Assembly: GCA_014905635.1 (NCBI GenBank)
Contig: JABVCE010000012.1
Location: 682,001-746,000 of the forward strand
Length of the DNA: 64,000 bases
Source of the DNA: Scenedesmus sp. PABB004
Lineage: Eukaryota
Reading direction: 5' to 3'
How positions within the stretch are numbered: the stretch's first letter is position 1; each line of letters opens with the position of its first letter. Below are positions 1 through 10,852 of the stretch, in pieces. The translations under genes and the position numbers were made by a program. The notes under the pieces are model-generated. The model was not told the origin of the DNA. It searched no databases and saw nothing but the letters and a program-made list of their open reading frames with translations.

Positions 1-286
1 TGCTCCGGCAGCGCCAGGCCGTCCAGGAAGCGCCAATAGAGCTTCGGCGACTCGTCAGCCTGCGCGCGCCGCGTGAGCGCCCGTGCGCGGCGCGGGCGCG
101 CTGCGGCGCCCGGGCGCCCGCGGCACTCTGCGGCGGCGCACGCACCAGGAACTCTGCAGCCTCCAGCACGTACGGCGTGCCCTGCCACCGCGCCCTCAGC
201 GTCACGCTCGCGCCCTTCTGCGCGCTGGCCGCCGCCAGGGGCGCCGACGCCGCCAGCAGCAGCGCCAGCGCCGCCCAGCGCGCCAT
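1..286 (-). CDS. UGGT: UDP-glucose:glycoprotein glucosyltransferase, 5' end (runs off the window)
   Basis: Exon 286-146 translates as [47 protein letters not shown]. After a GT-AG intron it continues ADESPKLYWRFLDGLALPE. This is a signal peptide plus the plant UGGT N-terminal 'AKWQGTPLLLEAGE..ESK.LFW.F' pattern (family recall). Confidence 0.8.
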   Translation of the reverse strand, partial: MARWAALALLLAASAPLAAASAQKGASVTLRARWQGTPYVLEAAEFLVRAPPQSAAGARAPQRARAAHGRSRGARRLTSRRSSIGASWTAWRCRS

Positions 287-1277
287 CCGCTGCTGCCGCG
301 GCCGCCGCCGCCGCTGCCGTCCACCGCGCGCGCCCGCCACGCCCGGATCACCGGCGCGGCAATGTCCCGTCTTCAGCAATTTGACAGGGGCGCGCGGCCT
401 CGCGGCAGCAGGCCTTCTCGACTCTGCTGCTGCTGCTGCTGCTCCCGAGCTGCCCGCCCAACTGGCCGGCGCGCGCTGCGGGCGGCTGGTGTTCGGCACC
501 TGTCTGCAAGCCGAGCTGATAGCGCGCGGGCGGGCGAGGAGCCCGCCGCGCCAGGCCCTGGACCGCGGCGGTTGCGGGCGGACGGCGCAGGCGCAGCGGC
601 GGCTTCAGCGGCGCCTGAGCGGCGGCTGATCGATCGGCGCGGGGCCCGCGGCGGCGTCGAGCTTGCAGCTGGTGCCGCGCGAGCCGCCGCCACCACTGGC
701 GCCGTAGACGCAGTTGCCGCAGGTCCGGTCGCGCGCTAGCTCAAAAAAGCTCAAGAATTGCAGGCCCAAGAATTGCAGCCTCAAGCAAAGGGATGGTGAA
801 TCAATCAGCAGTCAACGGTGCGGCACGAGCAGACGACGCACCCCGCCCCCGCGGATCATCGCAGCGGTCAGCGGGCGCGTGCACAGTGCAGTCCAGCGCA
901 CGCATGCCAGCGCGCGCGCGTTTGCCGGCCAATGTTCCAACTGGCCCGAGCGCCAATGCCGGCTCGCAACCCAAACAATGAGGACGCTCGCAGTTGGATG
1001 CCAGTGCCGCCACCGGCTGCGGGCGCGCCGCCCCGCACGCCCGACTCGATGCTCGTGCGCCAGCGCTGTTCAGCAGCGGTCCCGCTGCCCAAGGGAGGAA
1101 GGGAGGTGCGCAGGGCGCGCGTATGCTCAGGAGGAGGACGCGTGCTCAGGGATGACGCAAGACGTGCAAGAAGCTCCGCACAATGCACTGGTCTGCAGGT
1201 CTTGCAGGCGGCCGGCCGGCGGCACGTCGCCGCCGCCGCCGATCGCTAAAACGCGTTCAAGCCGTTTCTCTCGCCGC

Positions 1278-3532
1278 TCACAGCGCCGACGGCAGCGCGA
1301 GCAGGAGGTTGGCCGTGCCCGCGGGCGCGCCGAGCACCGCGCCGGGCGCCGCGAGGCACGTGAGCTTGGCGCTGCAGTCGGCCGCCGCGGCGCAGCCGCC
1401 GGCGGCCCAGAGGCGCGCCGCCGCGCCCGACACGTGCGGGGCGGCCATGGAGGTGCCGCTCATGTACACTGCGCCGCTGGCACTGGAATAGTCGGCGGAC
1501 AGGATGCTCGTCCCAGGCGCGTAGAGGTCCACGCAGGCGCCGAAGTTTGAAAAGCTCGCGGGCGAGTCGTTCGCCGTCGACGCGGCGACTGTGAGCGCGG
1601 AGGGCGCGCGCGCGGGCGAGGTCCCGCACGCGTCGGCGGCGTCATTCCCGGCCGCGACGACGACGACGAGCCCCGCCGCGGCCGCGGCCTCGACTGCGGC
1701 GTCCATCGCGTCGGACGCTCCCCCACCGAGAGAGAGCTGAACGACGTGCTTGCCGCCCGCGCCGGCGGCGGTCACGGCGTAGTCGATGCCCGCGACGACG
1801 CTGCTCGTGGTGCCGCTGCCGGTGCAGTCGAGGACCTTCAGCGCCACCAGGGACGCGGCCTTGGCGACGCCGTACGTCGTCCCGCCGACGATGCCGGCCT
1901 GCGCGGTCGTGGGCGCGGGCGGCGCGTGAGCGGCGCGCGGGCGCGGGCGGCGCGTGAGCGGCGCGCGTGAGCGGCGCGTGCGACCAGGGTTGAGTGATTT
2001 AGGGTCTCAGGGCGCTCACCACGTGCGTGCCGTGGCCGTCGCAGTCGTCGTCGATGGCGTCGATGAAGTTGGCGCCCCAGCGCGCGCGGCCGCCAAAGTC
2101 GGTGTGGCTCGTCCTGGTGTGCGGCGCGGGCGTGTGAGCGGCGTGCTGGCACGGCGCGCGCGGCGCGCGGCCAGGGCTTAGGAATTTAGGGTTCTTAGGG
2201 CGCTCACCGGATGCCGGTGTCCACCACCCAGACGGTGACGCCCGCGCCCGCGGTCGCGTCGTACGCGTACGACCCGTCGAGTGCGCCGTCCACGCGGTCG
2301 AGGCCCCACGGCGCGCCGGCCTCGCTCACGGGCACGCCGCCGCGCAGGGCGACGCCGCATGCAGGCGCGGGCGCCTCGGGCGCGGGGCTCGGGCTCGGCT
2401 CCACGGGCGCGGTCGGCTCGGGCGACGGCGACGGAACCTCGGGCGCGGGGCTCGGGCTGGGGTCGACGGGCGCGGTCGGCTCGGGCGACGGCGACGGCAC
2501 CTCGGGCGCGGGGCTCGGGCTGGGCTCCACGGGCGCGGTCGGCTCGGGGGACGGCGACGGCAGCACCGGCGCGGGGCTGGGGTCCTGGGGCGCGGGCGAG
2601 GGCAGCTCGGGGCTGGGCTCCACCACGGGCGCGGGGCTCGGGCTCGGGCCCGGCTCGATGGTGCCGGGCGCCGGCGACTTCTTGACCTGGCCGGGCGCCG
2701 AGCCGCGGCCGGGGTTGGTCGGCCGGCCTCGCGGCGGCGTCGTGCCGCCCGGCGTTGTCGGGGACGGGCGCGACGCGACGAAGATCATGTTGGCCTCCAC
2801 AGAGCGCACAGCGGCGTTGTTGAGCAGCGTGCGCAGCACGGCCGCCTGCTCGTCGGCGGTCGCGCCCGCCATCTGCACGCGGGCGGCGGCGCGGGCGCGC
2901 GGCGCGTGAGGAGGGGGGTGGGCGCCGGGCCCCAGGCCACGGCCGTGGCGCACGGGCCGGCGGCTGCTGCGCGGCCCTCCTCTCAAGGGTGGGGCTCACC
3001 CTGAAGCTCATGCCCCTCCATGCCTTGGATGCAGCGCTCGTCTTGTGCTTGATCGCGCCGCGCTTGGACGTCACGCCGCGCGCCGCGGCGTCCATCGCCG
3101 CCTGGCTCGTGCCGGGCACAAACGTGACCAGCCACTCGTCGGCCATCACGCGCGCGTTGGCCGGCGGCTCCACCCACTTGGCCTTGCGCCTCGCCACGCC
3201 GACGCCGCTGCCGACGGCCTTGCTGCCTGCGGGCGCGCGGGGGTGACCGGCAGCGCGCGGGTGAGCTGGTCACCGCAGCGCGCGGTGAGCGCGCGGGAAG
3301 CTGCCGCCGCGGGCCGCGCGCGGGCCGCCGCGGGGCGAGCCCAACGGCGCGCGGCGCGCTGCACACGCTGTCGACGGGTCAAACAAACGCGAGGCTCACC
3401 CACGGCGCTGGAATCCGCGCGCTTGCCCTCCACCCCGCCGCCAACGGCGGCCGGCTTGGCGGCCTCCACTGCGCTGGCCGCGAGCAGCAGCGCCGCGGCG
3501 AGCGCCGAGAGGAGGTGGCGCGAGCCGTTCAT
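1278..3532 (-). CDS. Secreted subtilisin-like serine protease (S8, proteinase K-like) with I9-type propeptide and Ser/Pro-rich linker; multi-exon
   Basis: Signal peptide [24 protein letters not shown]; propeptide DEWLVTF...[16 protein letters not shown]; catalytic motifs VVDTGI (Asp), DGHGTHV (His), AAGN (oxyanion Asn) and GTSMAAPHV (Ser). Confidence 0.93.
2372..2652 (-). repeat. Coding tandem repeat of about 63 bp (21 aa, [21 protein letters not shown]), about 3 copies plus degenerate ones
   Basis: Visible in ORF 2204..2986(-) and as repeated 'ggcgcggtcggctcgggcgacggcgacgg' blocks in the DNA. Confidence 0.9.
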
Positions 3533-4182
3533 GATGTGCCTTGCGGGGTACTGACCGCGCGGGTGGCCGGCGCGGACCTCGAGATGGACGGGTGCGCGCC
3601 TGCGTGTGCGCACTGCGTGTGGGCGTGCGGGTTTTTTCACGTGTGGAGGGTGAAGGTGCGATGCAGGTGGTGGCCAGCGCAGGGCACGGGGCGCTTTGTA
3701 GCGCTGGCCCAGGCAGAATTTCCGCGCCTGTTCGAGGTGAGCCTCTTGGCCGGGTTACCAGCCGGCCCCCCGCGCGGTGCGGTGGCGCTCCCTGCTCGTG
3801 ACTAAGCTGCGAGCTCGATCAACGGCCCCGCGGGCGGCGCGGACGTGTGGCACCGGCCCGCTCATCGCCATTGGGCGGCAGTCAGCTTCTGCTGGTCCGC
3901 CGCCGCCGCCGCTGCCGTCGCAGCCGCCGCCGCAGCCGCCGCGTGCATGCGCCTGGCTTGGCGCGCCTTCAAGCACCCACTGGCACGGGGGAGCGACGCC
4001 GCGGCGGCGGACCACGCGGCGGACCCCGCTGCTTGAAGCGGCCCGCGCCCGAACATTAGCGCGTCCCCCGCTCGCCCCTCCCGCCGCCCGACCGCAACGC
4101 GGGGCACCTGACCGCAGCTTGGGACAGCCGCAAGCGCCCGCTCGCACCACACCGCGGTCAGCAGCGTTGACCGCCCGCGGCG

Positions 4183-7100
4183 ATGGCCAGCCCGCGCTGG
4201 GGGGAGGCGGGGAGCTCCCCCTCCTCCCCGTTTCGGGCGCTGGCCGACGTGCTGGAGAGCGTGGCGGCGGGAGTGCAGGGCGACTTCCGGCACCGCGCAG
4301 CGCTGCGCTCGAGCTCGCCGCTGGGCGCCGCGCAGACGCGCGCGCCGCGCTCGAGAAGCAGCGGCGACCGCCGGCCCTCCAGCCCCGGCGCCCGCTCGCC
4401 GCAGCGGCAGTGCTTCGCCGAGTTTTTCGCAGCGCGCCGCGCCGCCGGCGGCGGCGGCGGCGAGCCGTGGCCAGGCGCCGCGCCGCCGCAGCAGGCCGCC
4501 GCGCCAGCGCCTGCGGGCGCCGCGGGCGGGCGCGCGTCGCCGTCGGGGCTGCGCCAGGTGCTGGCGCGGCTGCAGCCCCTGCGCGCCACGCCCGTCGTGC
4601 TGTACGAGCAGCGCTGCGCGTCGGCCGACGCGGGCGCCCGCTGGCCGCTCCACGGCGGCTGCAGCCGCGGCAGCGCCGGCGGCGGCGGCGCCAACGTCCG
4701 CGCGCCCGGCGCCGCCGAGCCGGCCGCGGCGCCCTGGAGCGGCGCGCATGCGCACGAGTCGCCGTGCCGCGGCGGGCGGGCCGCCAGCCCGCCCAACCTG
4801 CTGGCGCTGCGCACGACGGCGCTCGCGTCGACCAACAACATCGCGCCGCCGCCCCTCCAGGGCGCCCCGGAGCCGGGCGAGGCCGAGCGCTGGCCCGCGT
4901 GCGGCTCGCCCGCGCGCGGCGCGGCGTGCTGCGGCGCCGGCCGCCCCGCGGGCTCGCCACCGGCGCGGCGCCTCGTCTGCGGCACCTGCAGCGCGGCGCA
5001 CAGTCTGCACCAGCACCAGCCCTGCTGCCACCGCTGCGGCGCGTGCTGCCGCTGCAGCGCCAGCAGCGGCGGCGGCGGCCCCGCGCCCGCGGCCGAGCAG
5101 AGCGGCGCCTCGAGCGACTCCGGTGCCGCCTGCCCGTGCCCCTGCATCCGGGCCTACCGTGAGGGCCGCCGTGACGCCGCGCGGGCCAGCGGCGCCACGG
5201 CCGCGCCAGGCGCGGCGCCGGGCCTGGCGCGGCCGCCCGCCGCCGCGCCCGGCGGCGGCGCCGAGCCGCCCGGCGGCTGGCGCGCGGCGGGCGCGCCGCA
5301 GCACCAGGAGGGCGGCGCGCAGGAGTGGGGCGAGGAGGAGGGGGACCGGTTTGCGGCAGAGGCGGCGGCCGCCGCCGCCGCGCTGGCGGCGTCGGCCGAG
5401 CGCGAGCTCGAGCTCGAGCGCGCTGACGGCGGGCTGGAGGAGGAGGAGGTGGTGGGCGAGGAGGCGGTGGGAGAGGAGGACGCGATACTGCCCGCGCTGC
5501 ACCAGCTCCTCGCGACGCAGGAGCAGCTGCTGGCGGCGGGCGCGCCGTTTGACCAGGACGCGCTGGGCACGCTGTCGGACCAGCTGGAGCAGCTCGTCGC
5601 GTGGGGCCAGCCCGCGCACGAGCAGTTGCTGCGCGAGGCGCTGGGCGCGCAGCAGCGCCTGCTGGCGGCGCACCAGCGCGCGATGTTCTCGTCGTCGGGC
5701 GGCGGCGGCGGCGGCGGCGGCGCCGGCGCCGGCGGCGGCGGCGGCGGGCGAGTGCTGCCCATCTGGGGCGCGCTCGCTCCGCTGGAGCTGCCGGCAGGCT
5801 TTGACGCCGCCTGGGCCAACCCCGCGGCCGAGCCGCCGTCGCCCGGCGAGGACGACGACGCCGGCCGCACGCGCACGGGCTCCTGGGTGGCGGCGCAGTC
5901 GGCGCTCGCCGCGCCCCCGCCGCCGCCGAAGGACGAGGCGGCGCAGCTGGCGGCCGCGGCGGCGGCGTACGCCGCGGTGCCGACGCCGCGCAAGTCGCCC
6001 GCCGCGCCTGGCGCACAGACGGCTGCCCCGTTGAGCCTGCAGGAGCTCGCGCAGGTGGTCACAGCCGGCGGCTGGGCGGCCGGCGACGGCGGCGGCGCCG
6101 GCGGCGGCGGCGGCTGCGGCGGCGGCACGCTCGCGGCGGTGCAGGCGCTCTTGGGCGGCGGCGGCAGCAGTGACAGGGGCCTCGAGGGCGGTGTGCCCCT
6201 GCTTCAATTCATGCAGGCCCCGACCGCGGCGGCGGGCTGGGCGGGCGGCGCGGTGCTGCGCGACGCGCCCCCTCAGGTGATGGCGGTGGCTCAGGTGTGT
6301 GGAGGGTTCAGGTTGAGCTCAACCCCCGCCTCGAGGCGGGTCAGCTGCCGCGCCGCTCGCGGGCGGCCTGGCCGTGCTGACGCCCCGCCGCCTCTCTGCC
6401 CACCGCCCCACCTCTGCCCGTGCGCCGCCAGCTGGCGCACGCGGGCGGCGGCGGCCCTCGCACCCCCGGGGGGCGCTCGGTGGCAGACTCCGCCTGGTCG
6501 GTCCTCACGCCGCCGGTCGCGGCACCCGGCGCCGCCCCGCGTGGGCAGGCGCAGCATTTTGAGCAGCAGCCGCCGCAGGCTCCCGGCTCCCCTGCGGCTG
6601 CTGCGTTATCGAGCGGCCTGGCGGCGGTGGAGCGGGCGCTGCAGGGCGCGAGCGGCGGCGCCAGCCCGCGCGGCAGCGGCTGCGCGGCGGCCTCGCGCGC
6701 CGGCAGCGAGTGTGATTATCTGGAGGCGCAGCTCAGCCGGCTGAGCAGCGTGCGGGCGCCCAGCGCCGGCGCCAGCCCTGCCAGCACGCCGCGCAGCTCG
6801 CGCCTCGCGCACGCCGGCACGGCCGGACCGCGCGGCGGCCGGCCGGCCGGGGGCGCGCCGCCGGGCAGCGCCGGGCAGGCGGCCGGGCCTGAGCCCGCCG
6901 CACCCCGGCTGTCCGTGCGGTTCCTGGAGGCCTCGCAGCCAGGCGGACCGCCGGGCCAGGCCGGCGGCCGCCCGGCCAGCGTCGCGCCCAACGCCGCCGA
7001 GGCCGGGGGCGCGCCCGCACCGGGCAGGCCCGCCGGCAGCGCGAGCGGCTGGCGGCAGCAGCAGCTGGCCATGCAGCAGCAGCTGGCGGCGCAGGCGGCG

Positions 7101-8157
7101 CTGCTGCAATCGCTGGGCGGCAGCGCCGCCTCGACGCCGCGCGCGTCGCAGCCGGCGCTGAGCCGCGCCAGCACCGTGGCTCGGGGCAGTGTCGTTGCGC
7201 AGCTGCCCCGCGCGGCCGCGCAGGCGCGCTGCGGCGCCCCTGGCGGCGAGGGCGCGGCGCCAGGCACGCCGGAGCAGCCGGCGGCGCCGTCAGCGGGACA
7301 GCCGCTTCTGGAGCGCCGCGCCAGCTCGCCGCGCAGCCGCCAGCCGGGCGCGCGAGCGGAGCCGCCCAGTGCCGCTGGCTGGCCTGCCTTGCTCGCGAGC
7401 CTGCCGGCGGCGGTGGAGGCGCCGCCCTGCCTGTCGCCGGGCGGCGGCGCCCGGTCGGCGGCGGGGCGCGCACGTGACCGCCGCGCCGAGGAGGCCAGGA
7501 GCAGCAGCACCAGCACCAGCACCAGCACCAGCACTGCCAGCGGCGACGCCAGCCGGAACGGCCAGGCGCTGCTGGTGGGCGCCCTGCTCGAGCGCCTCGC
7601 GCGGCGGCGCAGGGGCCGGCTGCTGCGTGCGGCGCTGCGCGGCTGGCGGTGCCGCGCGCTTGGCGACGCGCAGGGCGCGCCGGCGGGGCGCTGCAGCTGC
7701 CTGCCGCGCGACGAGGCCGGCGGCGCGCGCCCCGATCCCGCGGCCGCGGCTCTGGAAGCGGCGGCGGCGGGCGGGGGCGACGTCGACGTCGTGGTCTCCG
7801 GCCAGCTGCGGCTCCAGTGCTCGCCCAGCAGGCAGTGCGCGGCGCCGTCCGCCGGCCCTGCGGCGGCGCCGGGCGGCGGCGACCAGCCGCGCGACGCGGC
7901 GGCGCGCGCGCTCGCGCTCGCGGCAGCACGCTCGCCCCCGCGGGCGCGCGAGCGCGAGCGCGCCGCGGCGGTGGCGGCCGCGGTCACGGCCGACGCGGCG
8001 GCGCGGGCGGGCTTCGCCGCGCAGGCGCGGCCGCTGCGGGCGGCGCTGGCAGAGGTTGGCCAGCTGCTCGACGCGATGCAGGACGCCTGCGGCGGCACGC
8101 CCCGGGGGCACGACACGCCCAGCGCCGCCAGCCGCAGCAGCGGCAGTCCCGAGCGCC

Positions 8158-8194
<37 letters not shown>

Positions 8195-8495
8195 TGGGCC
8201 CGCCGCGCGCTCGCCCGACAAGCACGCGCTGCGGGGCCGGCTGCACCAGGTGCAGGAGGCTCTGGCGCGGCTCGAGACGCGCATGCTGCAGGCCGCGTCG
8301 ATGACCGGCGACGAGGCGTGCCCCTGCGGCTCGCCGACGCGGCGCCGGCCGGCGTCGCCGTGCGCGGGCGGGTGCGGCGGCCGCGTCGGGCACGTGCGCG
8401 GCGCGCTGGTCGTGCGCATGCAGGACGAGGTGGGCCTGCTGCAGGCCCAGCTCGCCGAGCTGCGCGCGGGCATGCCGCGCGCGTTCGGCGCGTGA
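4183..8495 (+). CDS. Large low-complexity hypothetical protein (exons about 4183-6294 and 6432-8495)
   Basis: Two long ORFs with protein-like segments join in frame through CAG|GTGTGT...CGCCAG|CTG. Contains a Cys/His cluster, an acidic helical segment and a C-terminal coiled-coil-like region. No family recognised. Confidence 0.6.
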
Positions 8496-8799
8496 TGGTT
8501 GAGCAGCTCAACTTGAGCTTCGTGCGTGCGCGCTGAGCCCTGCGCGGGGTTTTCATGGCGGTGCACGCGCCGGCGGCGGGCGGGCGGCCGGCATGCAGCA
8601 GTCGCCCCACCGCCGCCGCCGCCGCCGCCACACCACCGCCGCGACCACCGCCTGGCGCGCGGCGTCGCGGCAGCGGCAACGCAGCAGCAGCAGCAGCGCC
8701 CGCCGCGCTCCTGCACGGCTCAGCTCCCGCGTGCGCGTGTGGTGGCGCTGAATGTAGGCCGGCGCCTCCGCCCCCGGCGCGGCGGCGGCGCCGCGCCGC

Positions 8800-10809
8800 A
8801 TGGCGGCGCCGTCAGTGAAGACGCCGAAGGGCGTGCTGAACGAGCTCTTCCAGCGCCTGCGCGCGGCGCCGCCGGCGTACGTCACGTCCGAAGCCGGCGC
8901 GGATGGCTTCGTGTGCCGGCTCACGCTGCCCGCGGCGGAGGGCGAGGTGGCGGCGCTGGCAGCGGAGCGCTGCTTCGCCGGCGCCGGCGGCAGCAAGAAG
9001 GTCCGTGCCGCTGTGGGGCGGACCCGGGGGGCGTGAGGGAGCTGCGATCGGCGCGGTGGCGCGCGCAGCACTCGCAAGCGCGCGCCGCCCGGCACCGCCG
9101 CTGCCGGCGACGCCCGCTGCCGACGCCCGCCCGCCCGTCGCCGCAGGAGGCGGAGCACGCGGCCGCCGCCGCGGCGGTGGAGTGGCTGACTGCCGAGCGG
9201 GTGCTGCGCCCCGACGCGCCCGGCGGCTCGCAGGGCAGCCGCGGCACGGGCGCGTGCGGCGGCTCGCCGTCGGCGTCGTCCGCGACCAGCGGCGTCGCGG
9301 CGCCGGGCGTGGGGTCCAAGCGCTCCAAGAGCAGCACCGACCTGGAGGAGGAGGCCACGGGTGCGGCGGCGCCGGCGGCGGCGGCGCGCCGGCGGCGCTC
9401 GCGGCGGCGGCTCCACGCGCCGCGCGCGCCGCCTCGCGTCGCTCACGCCGCGGCCGCCGCCGCGGCCCGCCAGAGAGCCTTGAGCTGCGCATCCTCGAGG
9501 CCCTGGCCGGGGTCTACCCGCGCACGCTCAACGGCGCGCAGCTGGCCAAGCTCTGCGGCCACTTCAAGCTCAAGCACAAGGCGCGGCGCGCGCGGCGCGC
9601 GGCGCGCGCAGCGCGCCGGCGGGCCGCGCCGCGGCGCCGGCGCGGCGCCCTCGCAGGAGGGCCGGCGCGCGCCAAGCCGGGGGCAGCGCACCAAGCCGGG
9701 GGCGCCGGGTGTGCGCGCAGGTGAACCACCTGCTGTATATGAAGCTGAAGGCCGCCGGCCTGGTGGAGATGCTCACCGACGCCCACACGCCCGCCTGGCG
9801 CGCGGCCGGCGCGACGCTCGCGGGCGCGACGGCGGCGCTCGCGGCGTCGGCGTCGGCCGGCGGCGGCTCCGGCGCGGCGCCCGCGGCGTCGGCGTCGGCC
9901 GGCGGCGCCTCCGGCGCGGCGCCCGCGCCCAGCACGCGCAGCGACGCGGGGGCGGGCGCCGCGCACGAGGACGCGCCCGAGGTGATGTCGGGGAGCGGCG
10001 GCCCCGCCCCCGGCGCGGCGGGCGCGCGCGCCAGCAGCAGCAGGCTGGCCACGCCTGGCGCGGGGCCGGGCTCGCCGTCGCCGGGCGCTGCTGCTGCTGC
10101 CCACAGCCCCGCCGCAAGCGGCCCGCAGCACGCGCCCAGGCACCCGCGCAGCGGCAGCAGCGGCCCGCGGGAGCACTCGCTGCTGCAGCATGGCGCGCCG
10201 GGCCCGTCGAGCGGGCAGCAGCAGCAGCGCTGGGCGGCTCAGCAGCAGCAGCAACTGCTGGCCGGCCTGGCCGGGGGGCTGCACCCCGCCGCAGCGGCAT
10301 ACGCCGTGGGGCCGAGGGGCCCCCGCGTGAGCAGCCCTGGCGCCAGCCTCGGCAACCTGGTGCAGGTCTCCGCCGCGACCGCCGCTGCGGCGCGGCAGCA
10401 GCAGCTGCAGATGCAGATGCTGGCGGCGGCGGCGAGCGTCGGCAGGGGCGGCCGGCCGCCCGCAGCGATGGCCGGCGACGGCGACGACGCCGGCGCCGCG
10501 TCGCCGGCGGCGGCGGCGGCCGGCGGCGCGGCGGGGCTCCCGCAGGGGCGCGCGCCCTTTGCGGAGCGGCCCGCCCGCAGCGGCAGCGACGGCGGGCCGC
10601 CGCGCTCGGCGGCAGCGCACGGGCAGCTCGGCCTGATGCTTCCTCACCTGGAGCTGCTGGCGGCCATGCAGCTCAACGAGCAGCCGATGCAGGCGGCAGC
10701 GGCGGCCGCGGCCGCGCAGCAGCACGCGCGCCCGGCGCCGCCGCACCCGCAGCCGGGCCCGCACGGGGACGCGGTGGCGGCGCTGGCGCAGCGCCAGCAG
10801 CTGCACGCG

Positions 10810-10852
<43 letters not shown>

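Noticed and set aside
2372..2652. Regularly spaced repeats as a CRISPR array
   Set aside because: They are an in-frame coding repeat with no unique spacers, no cas genes are present, and the context is eukaryotic.
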